Shown here piece by piece: positions 20,390 through 29,526 of a stretch of DNA of 64,000 bases; the first letter of the stretch is position 1, and the number at the start of each line of letters is the position of its first letter. The position numbers and the translations under genes were made by a program. The stretch lies in the NCBI GenBank assembly GCA_965237465.1, contig OZ250138.1:1814643-1878642 (forward strand). The letters run 5' to 3'. Below the pieces are notes generated by a model that was not told where the DNA came from, searched no databases, and was given only the letters and a program-made list of their open reading frames with translations. This DNA comes from Dehalococcoidia bacterium. Its GTDB lineage: Bacteria; Chloroflexota; Dehalococcoidia; UBA6926.

Positions 20390-22167
20390 CGACCGGAGCC
20401 TCTCGAAACCCCGCTCACCAGGTTCTGTACCGCAAGTGGCGCCCGCAGACGCTTGAGCAGGTCGTTGGGCAGGAGCACATCACTCGAACGCTGTTGAATG
20501 CGCTGGGGCAAGATCGGGTCGGCCATGCGTATCTCTTCACAGGACCGCGCGGCACGGGCAAGACAAGCACGGCCCGCATCCTGGCGAAAGCCATCAATTG
20601 CGAGACGACAGGCGGAACAGGCGAGCCATGCAATGGGTGCGGCGCTTGCCGTGAGATTACGGATGCCTCATTCCTTGACCTCGTTGAGATCGATGGTGCG
20701 TCAAACCGCGGAATTGATGAGATTCGTGACCTCCGTGAGAAGGTGCGCTTCATGCCCGCGCGCGGCCGTAAGAAGGTCTACATCATAGATGAGGTCCACA
20801 TGCTTACGGCGGCGGCGTTTAACGCCCTCCTCAAGACCCTTGAGGAGCCGCCGGACCACGTCGTCTTTCTTCTCGCGACGACTGAGCCCCACGCCGTTCC
20901 GCTGACCATCGCGTCGCGCTGCCAACGATTCGACTTCCGGCGCATACCGGAGGAAGACGCAACAACCCTGCTTGGCGGCATCGCTGAGGCAGAGGGCTTC
21001 TCCATGGATTTGGAGGCGTTGCAAACGGTGGTCAAGGCCTCCGGCGGCAGTCTCAGGGACGCTGAAAACCTCCTTGAGCAGCTGGCCCTCACGGCCGGCG
21101 CCGATGCGTCCGCCAATGACGCCCGACGTATCTTTGGCGTTGCAGGCTCCAATCGCGCCCGTGACCTCATTGAGGCGCTGTTGGTTGAGAAAGACCTCGC
21201 CGCCGCCCTGCGCGGCCTGTCCGCACTACAAGCGGCGGGAGTCGATATGCGCCAGATACACAGAGAGCTTGTCAATGAGATGAGGACGCTGCTCCTTGTC
21301 AGGGCGGGCGCCGCGGATGTCCTGGACCTCTCGGTGGATGACCTTAACGACCGGCGGAGGCAGGCGGATCGGATTGAGCTTCCAGTGATCCGGCACGCGC
21401 TTGGGCAACTCGCGCCGCTCAACGTGGCAAGCGGGAGTCCGCCGCTACTGCTGGAGATTGCCTTCGCCGGCATTTCGATAGCAGGAACAGCCCCCGCCCC
21501 CACGCCGGAGAATGACCGGAGTGAAGCCCCTGCCCAAGCTGAGGCGGATACAGGTGGCCGCTCGCCAACTCGATCGGCGCAGACTGCCGCGCAACCAAGC
21601 CGCCCGCCAACGCGTCCCGCGCAGCCGGCCCGGCCCGCCTCGCCTGCGGCAAACACTCCCGGCTCGCCCCGTGCAGAAAGCCCCCCGTCCCAAACGCCTG
21701 ACTTCCCGCCGGAGCGCGGCGTCTCAGGCCAGGTGGCCATGCGACAAGGAGAGCAGGCGCCGGACGCGCCGCTGATGGCCGGTGACGGGGAGCTTACATT
21801 TGAGATACTTCAAGAGCGATGGAAAGACCTCGTTGACGGCCTTCGCGGCGTGGGTTCGAGCGGCAATGTCGATGCCTATCTCCGCAGCGTGTCGCGCCCG
21901 ATCGCCATTGAGAACAATGACACCATTGTCATAGGGTTCTCGCATGACTTTCACAAGAACAAGATTGACGATCCGAAGTATCGGCATCTGGTTGAACAAA
22001 GATTCGCGCAGCTGCTCGGCAAGCACTACACGATTCGCTGCGAGAAGGTGGACAAGGAAGAAGCGCGCGGACATCTGGTCCGAGCGGCCCAGGCGCAGGG
22101 AGCCCAGGTCATTGGCGGCGGCGAATCCGCCGACGACGGCGGGCCTGATCAGGAATCGGGAGGATAG
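20386..22167 (+). CDS. dnaX: DNA polymerase III subunits gamma/tau
   Basis: AAA+ motifs FTGPRGTGKTS and IIDEVHML, a Cys4 zinc module (CETTGGTGEPCNGCGAC), and a Pro/Ala-rich linker. Confidence 0.95.
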   Translation: MTTGASRNPAHQVLYRKWRPQTLEQVVGQEHITRTLLNALGQDRVGHAYLFTGPRGTGKTSTARILAKAINCETTGGTGEPCNGCGACREITDASFLDLVEIDGASNRGIDEIRDLREKVRFMPARGRKKVYIIDEVHMLTAAAFNALLKTLEEPPDHVVFLLATTEPHAVPLTIASRCQRFDFRRIPEEDATTLLGGIAEAEGFSMDLEALQTVVKASGGSLRDAENLLEQLALTAGADASANDARRIFGVAGSNRARDLIEALLVEKDLAAALRGLSALQAAGVDMRQIHRELVNEMRTLLLVRAGAADVLDLSVDDLNDRRRQADRIELPVIRHALGQLAPLNVASGSPPLLLEIAFAGISIAGTAPAPTPENDRSEAPAQAEADTGGRSPTRSAQTAAQPSRPPTRPAQPARPASPAANTPGSPRAESPPSQTPDFPPERGVSGQVAMRQGEQAPDAPLMAGDGELTFEILQERWKDLVDGLRGVGSSGNVDAYLRSVSRPIAIENNDTIVIGFSHDFHKNKIDDPKYRHLVEQRFAQLLGKHYTIRCEKVDKEEARGHLVRAAQAQGAQVIGGGESADDGGPDQESGG

Positions 22168-22173
22168 AAGCCG

Positions 22174-22479
22174 ATGATGAATCGCAACATGATGCGCCAG
22201 ATGCAGCAGCTCCAGACCAAGCTGGAGAAGGCGCAGAATGAGTTGAATGACATGACCGTTGAGGGCACGGCGGGGGGTGCCGCCGTCACGATCGTCATGG
22301 ACGGCCATCAGAATGTCCGCTCAGTCAGCATCGCGCCGGAGGCCGTCGATCCGGACGATGTGGAGACTCTTGAAGACCTCATCCTGGCTGCGGTCGGCGA
22401 CGCCAACCTGAAGGCCAAGGACCTCGCCAACAATCACCTCGGCGCCATCACCGGCGGTCTCGGTCTCCCGAAGTTTTAA
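22174..22479 (+). CDS. ybaB: YbaB/EbfC nucleoid-associated protein
   Basis: 101-aa ORF with MQQLQTKLEKAQNEL. Conserved dnaX-ybaB-recR synteny. Confidence 0.9.
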   Translation: MMNRNMMRQMQQLQTKLEKAQNELNDMTVEGTAGGAAVTIVMDGHQNVRSVSIAPEAVDPDDVETLEDLILAAVGDANLKAKDLANNHLGAITGGLGLPKF

Positions 22480-22559
22480 CGATGCGGCGTATCCGGCGTG
22501 GTGAATCGCCTTTCGCTTCGCAGCGCGGCGCCTGATTCTATTCCCAGCTCATTTTTGAG

Positions 22560-23180
22560 ATGACTTCCACACCTCAACCGCGCGGCACGCCGGTCGAGTC
22601 CGTTGCCCAGCTTATTGAGCAGTTGAACCGGCTGCCGGGCATTGGCCCTCGCAGCGCCCAAAAGCTCGCCTATCATCTGATTCGCGCCCCCAAAGAGGAT
22701 GCGCAATCGCTCGCCAACGCGCTCCTGCTCATGGTTGATACCGTGAAGTTCTGTTCCGTCTGCCAGAACGTGACACAGACCGATCCCTGCTCTCGCTGTT
22801 CCCAGCCCGCGCAAGACCAATCCATCATCTGTGTAGTGGAGGAGCCGCTGGACGTTGTGGCAATCGAGCGCAGCGGGGCTTTTGCAGGCCGCTATCATGT
22901 CCTGCACGGGCTCCTTTCGCCGATGGACGGCGTCGGGCCGGATCGGCTCCGAATCCGCGAACTGCTTGAACGCCTCCGGGGCGACACCGTCAAGGAGGTC
23001 ATCATTGCCACCAATCCGTCCCTTGAGGGCGAGGCTACGGCAATGTACATCCAGGCACTAATCGGGCCCCTCGGCGTCAAGGTCACACGACTTGCCCGCG
23101 GCCTGCCCTCCGGCTCCGACCTCGAATTCGCAGACGCCGTCACCGTAGCCCGCGCTCTCGAGGGTCGCCAGGAGTTTTAG
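22560..23180 (+). CDS. recR: Recombination protein RecR
   Basis: HhH (LPGIGPRSAQKLAYHL), a C4 zinc finger (CSVCQNVTQTDPCSRC), and a Toprim domain. Confidence 0.95.
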   Translation: MTSTPQPRGTPVESVAQLIEQLNRLPGIGPRSAQKLAYHLIRAPKEDAQSLANALLLMVDTVKFCSVCQNVTQTDPCSRCSQPAQDQSIICVVEEPLDVVAIERSGAFAGRYHVLHGLLSPMDGVGPDRLRIRELLERLRGDTVKEVIIATNPSLEGEATAMYIQALIGPLGVKVTRLARGLPSGSDLEFADAVTVARALEGRQEF

Positions 23181-23411
23181 GCGTTCGCTGAGCGTTGGGA
23201 TGTGTGGCCGGCGTTGGCCGTGCGCCTTGTCAGTCGGCAGCCTACATGATTCTCAGGGCGTCCCTCCGGCTGGATGAGATTGGCGCCCAACAACTGATCT
23301 GCTCGCCTTGCCGTCTGGCGGCAGGCTAAGCCCTGAAAGGCTCTGGGGTGTATCCTTTTTTCTGGCGCACCGATGGATGCCGCGTCCTGCGGCAGTAAGG
23401 AGATGCCCCGA

Positions 23412-24248
23412 ATGCCAGACATCCTCTATGAGAAGAATAGCGATGAACACTACGCCATTTTCACTCTCAATCGCCCGGACCGCCTGAACGCCATCGGCGG
23501 GGGGCTCATGGCCGGGCTTGTCACGGCCATCGATGATTTCACTGAGGATCCCGCGATGCGCGTCGGTATCATCACAGGCAACGGGCGCGCCTTTTGCGCA
23601 GGGGCAGACATGCGCGAGGGCTCAGAGCGTGATGCAGCCACCCAGGCCCTCGCTGCGCGGCGCGATGCCGGGGAGATCACGGCTGAGGCCTATGAGGCCG
23701 AAGTTCGCGCAATTGCGCCCACGGTGGGGGTTCGATTTGATCTCTTCTCGCCCAACCCCAAGCCATTCATCGCTGCCATCAACGGGCTGGCCGTGGGCGG
23801 CGGGATGCACTTCGTCATGGACTGCGATATACGCGTCGCGTCAACGGAGTCATACCTGGGCCTGCCGGAGCCAAAGCGAGGCATCGCGGCAGGATATGGC
23901 AGCCAGTACCTTGGGCGGATGATTCCGCCCGGCGAGGCCATGTACTACCTCCTCACGGCGGCGAATATTCCCATTGATGAGGCGCAGCGTCTCGGTCTCG
24001 TTCATGAAGTGCTAGCGCCGGAGCGACTCATGGAAAGAGCGGTTGAGATCGCGCGGCTGATCGCGGAAAACGCGCCGATGGCGGTCCGAGCCTCCAAGGC
24101 AATGGCCCTATTCCAGCGTCGCCATGAGCAGGAAGCGCTGCGCGAATACTCCGCCGGGTATAGCTCGAACGTAATGGGGTCAAATGATGTCATTGAGGGA
24201 CGGCGGGCATTCGTAGAGAAGCGAGCTCCGCAATGGACCGGGACGTAG
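23412..24248 (+). CDS. Enoyl-CoA hydratase/isomerase (crotonase) family protein
   Basis: Crotonase patterns FTLNRPDRLNA, FCAGADM and INGLAVGGG. The ATG at 23412 has the better spacing to the AAGGAG at 23397-23402. Confidence 0.85.
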   Translation: MPDILYEKNSDEHYAIFTLNRPDRLNAIGGGLMAGLVTAIDDFTEDPAMRVGIITGNGRAFCAGADMREGSERDAATQALAARRDAGEITAEAYEAEVRAIAPTVGVRFDLFSPNPKPFIAAINGLAVGGGMHFVMDCDIRVASTESYLGLPEPKRGIAAGYGSQYLGRMIPPGEAMYYLLTAANIPIDEAQRLGLVHEVLAPERLMERAVEIARLIAENAPMAVRASKAMALFQRRHEQEALREYSAGYSSNVMGSNDVIEGRRAFVEKRAPQWTGT

Positions 24249-24273
24249 CCGCGCGGGGCCGTCGCCGCGCCCC

Positions 24274-25074
24274 ATGACCTCCAGACCCCCCGCAACGTTC
24301 GCAAGATCGACCCTCTATTGGGCCGACGCAATTGTCCTGCGCCACAGTGACCTTGGCGAGGCGGATCGCCTCGTAACGCTCTTCACGAACCAGCACGGCA
24401 AGCTGAGGGTCACTGCGCGCGCGGCGAGAAAGGTCACCAGCAAGCTGGGCGGGCATATTGAGCCGCTGACCAGGGCATCGCTACAGATCGTGCGGGGCCG
24501 TAGCCTTGACACTGTTACGCAGGCCCAGGCGACAGAGGTGTACCCTACCATCCGCGGGGATTTCTTCACCCTGCTGCACGGCCTCCACATGGCTGAGTTG
24601 ATTGATCGATTCACCCAGGAACAGGAGCCGCAACCGACGCTCTTTCAGTTGATCCTTGATGCGCTGCGCAGGCTGGATGCCGGAGTTCCGCCCGAACCCC
24701 TGGCGAGGGCCTTTGAGGTTCAGATACTGGGCATGGCGGGCTTTCAACCCATCCTGGATCGCTGCGCGTCCTGCGAGATGGAACTGACGGAGGACAGTGG
24801 TCCCGTCTTCTTTAGCGCCCAGTGGGGCGGCGCATGTTGCGCCAGGTGCCGATCATCCCAGCCGGACTGGACCCGCCCAACGCCCATGCCGACGCTTCGA
24901 GATCTGCGTCTCCTCCATTTGCATGGCCTTGACGGCGCGGTTCAGTTGTCCTCTCACGAATCGAACTCGGCGGAGCTTGAGGCTTTGCTGCGCTGGTACT
25001 TGCGCTATATTCTTGATGCGCCGCTTGACACGGCCGTGATGCTGGATCGCTTTCGGGCGAGCGCTGTAATTTAG
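24274..25074 (+). CDS. recO: DNA repair protein RecO
   Basis: 266-aa ORF with an OB-fold N-terminus (IVLRHSDLGEADRLVTLFT...GKLRV) and a C-terminal Cys4 zinc motif (CASC...CARC). Confidence 0.85.
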   Translation: MTSRPPATFARSTLYWADAIVLRHSDLGEADRLVTLFTNQHGKLRVTARAARKVTSKLGGHIEPLTRASLQIVRGRSLDTVTQAQATEVYPTIRGDFFTLLHGLHMAELIDRFTQEQEPQPTLFQLILDALRRLDAGVPPEPLARAFEVQILGMAGFQPILDRCASCEMELTEDSGPVFFSAQWGGACCARCRSSQPDWTRPTPMPTLRDLRLLHLHGLDGAVQLSSHESNSAELEALLRWYLRYILDAPLDTAVMLDRFRASAVI

Positions 25075-25571
25075 CGACTGCCCTGATCCCGACGCCGGCG
25101 TTCCCCGATTGTCACGGTGCCGTAGCTCAGACGTTTGATGACCTGGGCGATGATGATCTGAGCGGGGATCAGGCCTACCAGCAAAATGAGGCCCAATAGC
25201 TGGAGGCTGCCGAATGACGGGCCGTTTTGCGGCGGGTCGGCTCCGCCTGCCACCGCAGAGCAGCTCACTGCCAGTAGTATCAGGCCCGCCATCTGAGCCA
25301 TGCCGACGATGAGCCGCGTGGCCTGCATGCCCTTGACGGCCAGGTCACGGCCCTTCCACGGGACAAGGCGTTGCTCTGGAGGGGGTCTCAGGCCGCCTTC
25401 CGCATGGCATTCGGGACATCTGTAGATTGCCGCTGTCAGCGGCGTGCCGCACGTGGAGCAGCGGCCTGAGACCCCCTCCTGCCCCGTGATGACGATGCGA
25501 CACGCGGGGCACCGAGGCGTCAGCTCATGCCCGCATTCGCTGCACGTCCACGTGCGCTTTTCAGTCGCCAT
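25071..25571 (-). CDS. Zinc-ribbon domain membrane protein (hypothetical)
   Basis: The N-terminus has four CxxC pairs (CSECG..CPAC..CSTCG..CPEC), followed by two hydrophobic segments. Its stop overlaps the recO stop (convergent genes). Confidence 0.55.
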   Translation of the reverse strand: MATEKRTWTCSECGHELTPRCPACRIVITGQEGVSGRCSTCGTPLTAAIYRCPECHAEGGLRPPPEQRLVPWKGRDLAVKGMQATRLIVGMAQMAGLILLAVSCSAVAGGADPPQNGPSFGSLQLLGLILLVGLIPAQIIIAQVIKRLSYGTVTIGERRRRDQGSR

Positions 25572-25603
25572 TGCCTATCTGTTGTCCCTTCGCTGACAGG
25601 CTG

Positions 25604-26017
25604 CTATGACGCCGGCGACGGCATCTGAACCCACGTCTCCGTCGTGAGGGTCTGGGCCACGATCTTTCCCGTGTCCTCCTGGATTATTGTCCCCTCGGCA
25701 ATGGCGAATCGACTGCCCTTGTTGACTATTTTCGCCTCGGCGCGCAGGGAGCCGGGCTGGCCCGGGCGGATGAAATTCAGCTTCATTTCGATTGTGGCGT
25801 GCAGCTCATTCGGCTCCAGCAGGCTGTCCATGGCGTGGTGAATCGTAAAATCCATCAACGCCATTATGACGCCGCCCGCCACGCGCGGGTTGTCGTCCGC
25901 GTGCAGCACATGGCGTTCCGTCTTCATACGGGCGGTCGCCTTGCCGCCCTCTTTCTCGGTCAGCACCGCGCCCATCCACTCCGTCATGCGCGGCATCTCC
26001 ATCTTCTGCTCGGTCAT
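25604..26017 (-). CDS. PaaI-family (hotdog-fold) thioesterase
   Basis: Pattern G.....HGG....L.D......A plus a C-terminal hotdog strand pattern. The internal ATG at 26017 (MTEQK...) is preferred over the track start at 26119. Confidence 0.7.
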   Translation of the reverse strand: MTEQKMEMPRMTEWMGAVLTEKEGGKATARMKTERHVLHADDNPRVAGGVIMALMDFTIHHAMDSLLEPNELHATIEMKLNFIRPGQPGSLRAEAKIVNKGSRFAIAEGTIIQEDTGKIVAQTLTTETWVQMPSPAS

Positions 26018-26079
26018 GTGCGTCTCCTCGGACGGCGGTTGGGTCCGCCCGCCCGTCTCGTTCATTTTCGTTATCATAC

Positions 26080-27993
26080 GTGACAGAGCGAGACCCCAAA
26101 CGAATGCAGGAACAATCATCCTCTCTTCTTCTCTGGGTCCGGCGCGCCGCAGCGATCCTTCTGGCCATGGTCTTTGTCCCGGTGCTGATTATCGCGATCG
26201 CGTTCTCAGGAGGACGATCCGCCGCCGTTGCCCCGGATTTCTGGGTCGAGCGTCTGCAGGAGGCGGATTTCTACACATTCATCCACGATCCCTTTGTGTC
26301 TTACATCCTTGATGAGGCGTTCGATGAAACTGACGAACCGCGTCTGCTGGCTCTTGAACCCTTCAAGGACGACATCGCCGAAGCCGTTCGTATTGGCATT
26401 CCGCCCAGGGATATCCAGCAAGTCACCGAAGACGCCATCTACTCAATGTGGCCGTACCTGACCGGCGAAAGCGAAAGCTTTGAGGTCAACGTCGCTCTTG
26501 CTGCCCGAACTCGCATCGCCCTGGAGAGTCTGGCCGAGAGCATTCGCACTGCGGATGGCGCCGCTTACGATGCCGCATTCGAGGACCTCGTCACACTTAT
26601 GGCGGAACAGCTTGATGAGGAGTTGGACGAGCTGCCAATAGTCGCTGATGTATCGCAGGAGGACACGGAAGCATACGTCCGGGAAATCGCGACAAGAGAG
26701 TGGTTGTTTGGTCAGATGGCCAACGCGATAGACCAGAGTGCGCCGTATGTCATCGGCGACGTGGACGAGCTGGAGATCACTATCCCCGTCAGCGAACGCG
26801 CCGAGGCCATAGACTCCGTCATGACCGACCTCCTCACCGACCCTGATCTGGTGGCCGACGTGGCGGAGCAATCGCTCACTCTCGTGTTGACCGGCTACCT
26901 GCCTGCGGACCCCATAGAGATTCCCGGATTGCCGGCCCTGACAGCCGATTCGCTGGCTACCGTCATTCTGATGTCAATGTCGCCGTCGGAAATGACCGAG
27001 ATGACGCGCATCGTCGTCGGCGACTTCGCCGACTACGCAACGGGGCAGTCGGATACGTTTGGCGGCGCCGACGCCCGCATCATCCTTGCGACTGCCCGGG
27101 ACAACGTCCCTGGCCTTATGGCGCAGCAGGCGGACGATGCGCTCGCCGGACGATTTCGTGAATTACCGGTCTGCGAATCCATGGGCATCCCGTCGGTCAC
27201 CGTCATGCCTCTGGACATGGCCCAGGCTCTGCCTGCCTGCGTAGCTGAGGGGTTAACGTATAAGCAATACAAGGCCGCCATAGGCCTGGACCTGGAACAG
27301 CTTGCCCGTGACGAAGTTGTTCCCTTGATTCCTCTCAATTTCACCATCGACGAAGGCATCATCCGATCAGAAATGGACCCGGCAATCATTGAGCGTATCG
27401 ACGAGATGCGCGGCTGGATGACGGACGGGTATTCCCTGGCGGTCCATGAAGTCTTCATGGAGGGTGTGCCGGAGGACATCGATATTCTCCGGGAGACGAT
27501 CAGGGACGGCATATTGTTCACTGAGGCGGACTTTGAGGATGCTTTCGGCGCAGATCCGGATGCGGATGTCCTGAGGTTAACAGTTTGGGCTTCCGATGCC
27601 GGACAGATCCTGGTTTGGCTGCCCTCAATCCTGTTGCTCGTCATCCTGGCGTTAGTGGGCGGTCGCGGATGGGACGGACGCCTGACGTGGGCCTCAGTGT
27701 CGCTGGGCATTGGCGCCGGGTTGGCCTGGATCGGCGCCGCCTTCCTGCTGGATCGCGTCCTTCGGCCTATCCTGACGACGGGCCTGGATGCCTGGCTGTC
27801 GGAAGGCGCGACAAATGTCGTTCAGCGCGAATTCACTCTGAGAGTCAACACATTTGCAGACGGCATCCTCTCCAGCCTGGCGGACAGCATACAGTCGCAA
27901 GCCCTCCTGATACTGCTCATAGCCGGCGTAACATTGCTCGTCGCCCGCCTCCTGGCCGCGGATTCCGTGGGCCGCCGTCCCTCCGGCCGTTGA
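26080..27993 (+). CDS. Hypothetical membrane protein
   Basis: 637-aa ORF with one N-terminal TM, a large acidic extracytoplasmic region, and a C-terminal cluster of TM segments. No family recognised. Confidence 0.55.
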   Translation: MTERDPKRMQEQSSSLLLWVRRAAAILLAMVFVPVLIIAIAFSGGRSAAVAPDFWVERLQEADFYTFIHDPFVSYILDEAFDETDEPRLLALEPFKDDIAEAVRIGIPPRDIQQVTEDAIYSMWPYLTGESESFEVNVALAARTRIALESLAESIRTADGAAYDAAFEDLVTLMAEQLDEELDELPIVADVSQEDTEAYVREIATREWLFGQMANAIDQSAPYVIGDVDELEITIPVSERAEAIDSVMTDLLTDPDLVADVAEQSLTLVLTGYLPADPIEIPGLPALTADSLATVILMSMSPSEMTEMTRIVVGDFADYATGQSDTFGGADARIILATARDNVPGLMAQQADDALAGRFRELPVCESMGIPSVTVMPLDMAQALPACVAEGLTYKQYKAAIGLDLEQLARDEVVPLIPLNFTIDEGIIRSEMDPAIIERIDEMRGWMTDGYSLAVHEVFMEGVPEDIDILRETIRDGILFTEADFEDAFGADPDADVLRLTVWASDAGQILVWLPSILLLVILALVGGRGWDGRLTWASVSLGIGAGLAWIGAAFLLDRVLRPILTTGLDAWLSEGATNVVQREFTLRVNTFADGILSSLADSIQSQALLILLIAGVTLLVARLLAADSVGRRPSGR

Positions 27994-28125
27994 TTCTCCT
28001 GGACTTTGCGGCGCGGCATCGACAGAGGCCCTCTCACGAGCATGCTAGGTCGGGCTCGTCGCGCCTCATGTAGAATCGCAGGAAGGAACGTGCCGGATTG
28101 CGTCCTGCGTCATAATTGAAGCGCT

Positions 28126-28575
28126 TTGCTAAAGACTGGCGATCAAGCCCCCGACTTTGCCGTTTCGCTCGGCTCCGGAGGGCGCTTTACGCTCTCGGAT
28201 CACAGGGACATCAACGTCGTGCTTTTCTTCTACCCGCTAGATTTCTCGCCGGGTTGAGCCGTGGAAGTGGGCGCGTTCTGCGACTCTTACGATGACCTGA
28301 GCGCCAGGAACGCAATCGTCATCGGCATCAGCCCGGGCAGCGTCGATCGGGTCAGGCGCTTTGGCAACGCCATCGGCGCCAATGTCGGCCTTGGCAGCGA
28401 TTCGGCGGGGGAGGTTCGCCGCCTCTATGACGTGCAGCGCCGGTTTGGCCTGGGAACGTCGTGTGTCACCTATGTCATTGACGGCGAAGGCGTGATCAGT
28501 GGCGTCTTTCACAATGAAATCGACATGGGCTCCCACGTCCGCAGCGCTCTGAGCACACTCCAGGAATTTTCATAG
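28126..28575 (+). CDS. Bcp-type peroxiredoxin with an in-frame TGA at the peroxidatic-Cys position (candidate selenoprotein; alternatively a pseudogene)
   Basis: The reading frame from TTG 28126 translates as (M)LKTGDQAPDF...VVLFFYPLDFSPG-[TGA 28255-28257]-AVEVGAFCDSYDDL...GISPGS...YVIDGEGVI. This aligns along its full length with Bcp/AhpC-TSA proteins, and the TGA falls exactly at the C of the Pxxx(T/S)xxC motif. Confidence 0.6.
28265..28288 (+). promoter_or_regulatory. Candidate bacterial SECIS-like hairpin downstream of the in-frame UGA
   Basis: AAGUGGGCGC-GUUCU-GCGACUCUU. The upper stem is CGC/GCG with apical loop GUUCU, starting 18 nt after the UGA. The lower stem is AAG/CUU plus one G-C pair, with internal mismatches. 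Hand-folded only. Confidence 0.3.
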
Positions 28576-28774
28576 ACCTGCGCCGCCTCCGCGATTGAGG
28601 TCCGGCTGCGGGCTGAACAATGCTGGGCCATCAATGTTCATGGACATGGCGCTCCCTCAGCGATCAGGGGACGAATCCGGGCCGGCGAAGCGTAGGCCCT
28701 AGATTCTCATGGATTTGCCGCTGTCGAGGCCTCTTCCATTTGCCGGGGTTTCCGGGCAATACAATTAGCGGCGT

Positions 28775-28804
28775 TTGACGAAAGTCGCTCAGGCGTGCTA
28801 CCTT
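28775..28804 (+). promoter_or_regulatory. Candidate lexA promoter (TTGACG - 18 nt - TACCTT)
   Basis: Good -35 at 28775-28780 and a weak -10 at 28799-28804, immediately upstream of the LexA box. Confidence 0.4.
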
Positions 28805-28814
28805 CTTATGAGCG

Positions 28815-28828
28815 CGAACATGGGTTCG
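28815..28828. promoter_or_regulatory. LexA operator (Cheo-box type, CGAAC-N4-GTTCG)
   Basis: CGAACATGGGTTCG, 47 bp upstream of the lexA start. It matches the Gram-positive-type SOS-box consensus CGAACRNRYGTTYC/G. Confidence 0.75.
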
Positions 28829-28874
28829 GCCAAAAGAAGGCCGAGCAGAGGACACTAGTTAGGAGACCAGAGTC

Positions 28875-29507
28875 ATGGTTGAGCAATTGAGGCCCCGTCA
28901 GCGAGATATCCTTGAGTTCATTGGCCAATTCCTGGACGACAACGGCTATCCGCCCACCGTTCGAGACATCCAGAACGGCTGCAACATTTCGTCCACAAGC
29001 GTCGTTGACTACAATCTGAAGGGGCTTGAGCGCAGTGGCCTCTTGCGCCGCTCGCGCGAGGTCTCCCGCGGAATTGAGCTTGTGGGGAGGCGTGACAGGC
29101 ATATTCGGATCCCGGTGCTCAGCACAATTGCCGCCGGCCAGCCGCTGCCTGTCTTTCCGAGCGATGTTGCTACCGCAATTGAAGAGGACTCAGTCGACAT
29201 CGAACCTGAAATGGCGGGGAGCCGCGAGCGCCTCTACGCCCTGCGGATCAAGGGAAATTCCATGATCGACGCGCTGATCCGCGATGGCGACATGGTGGTG
29301 CTCGAGGCGCAAGAATCCGCCGAGCCTGGCGAGATGGTGGCGGTCTGGCTGGTGGACGAGGAGGAAGCAACGCTCAAGCGCTTTTTCCCGGAGGGCGGCA
29401 AAGTCCGCCTACAGCCTGAAAACTCCACTATGGAGCCCATCTACGTGGACGCCCGAAACGTGCAGATCAAAGGCCGGGTTGTAGGCGTCATACGCCACGT
29501 TGACTAG
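28875..29507 (+). CDS. lexA: LexA repressor
   Basis: N-terminal wHTH (LRPRQRDILEFI...GYPPTVRDI) and a C-terminal S24 peptidase with Ser (KGNSMIDA) and Lys (ATLKRF). Confidence 0.95.
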   Translation: MVEQLRPRQRDILEFIGQFLDDNGYPPTVRDIQNGCNISSTSVVDYNLKGLERSGLLRRSREVSRGIELVGRRDRHIRIPVLSTIAAGQPLPVFPSDVATAIEEDSVDIEPEMAGSRERLYALRIKGNSMIDALIRDGDMVVLEAQESAEPGEMVAVWLVDEEEATLKRFFPEGGKVRLQPENSTMEPIYVDARNVQIKGRVVGVIRHVD

Positions 29508-29526
29508 CCCTTCTGCTGAAACATTG

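Noticed and set aside
20778-21740. 320-aa minus-strand ORF antisense to dnaX. Similar antisense ORFs occur at 45703-46656, 47396-48247, 40401-41168, 2866-3642, 12938-13555 and 15588-16262.
   Set aside because: All lie opposite confidently identified genes, lack motifs, and have the skewed Ala/Arg/Ser/Pro composition expected from antisense translation of GC-rich coding DNA.
21300-21800. Programmed ribosomal frameshift or transcriptional slippage site in dnaX (tau/gamma).
   Set aside because: There is no A-rich slippery heptamer or poly-A run in the linker-encoding region. The region is uniformly GC-rich.
28618-28642. Imperfect 25-bp palindrome GAACAATGCTGGGCCATCAATGTTC downstream of the peroxiredoxin ORF, considered as a LexA-type operator.
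   Set aside because: The GAAC/GTTC arms are 17 nt apart, not 4. The palindrome has two mismatches and no associated promoter. It is more likely a weak terminator-like hairpin or chance.
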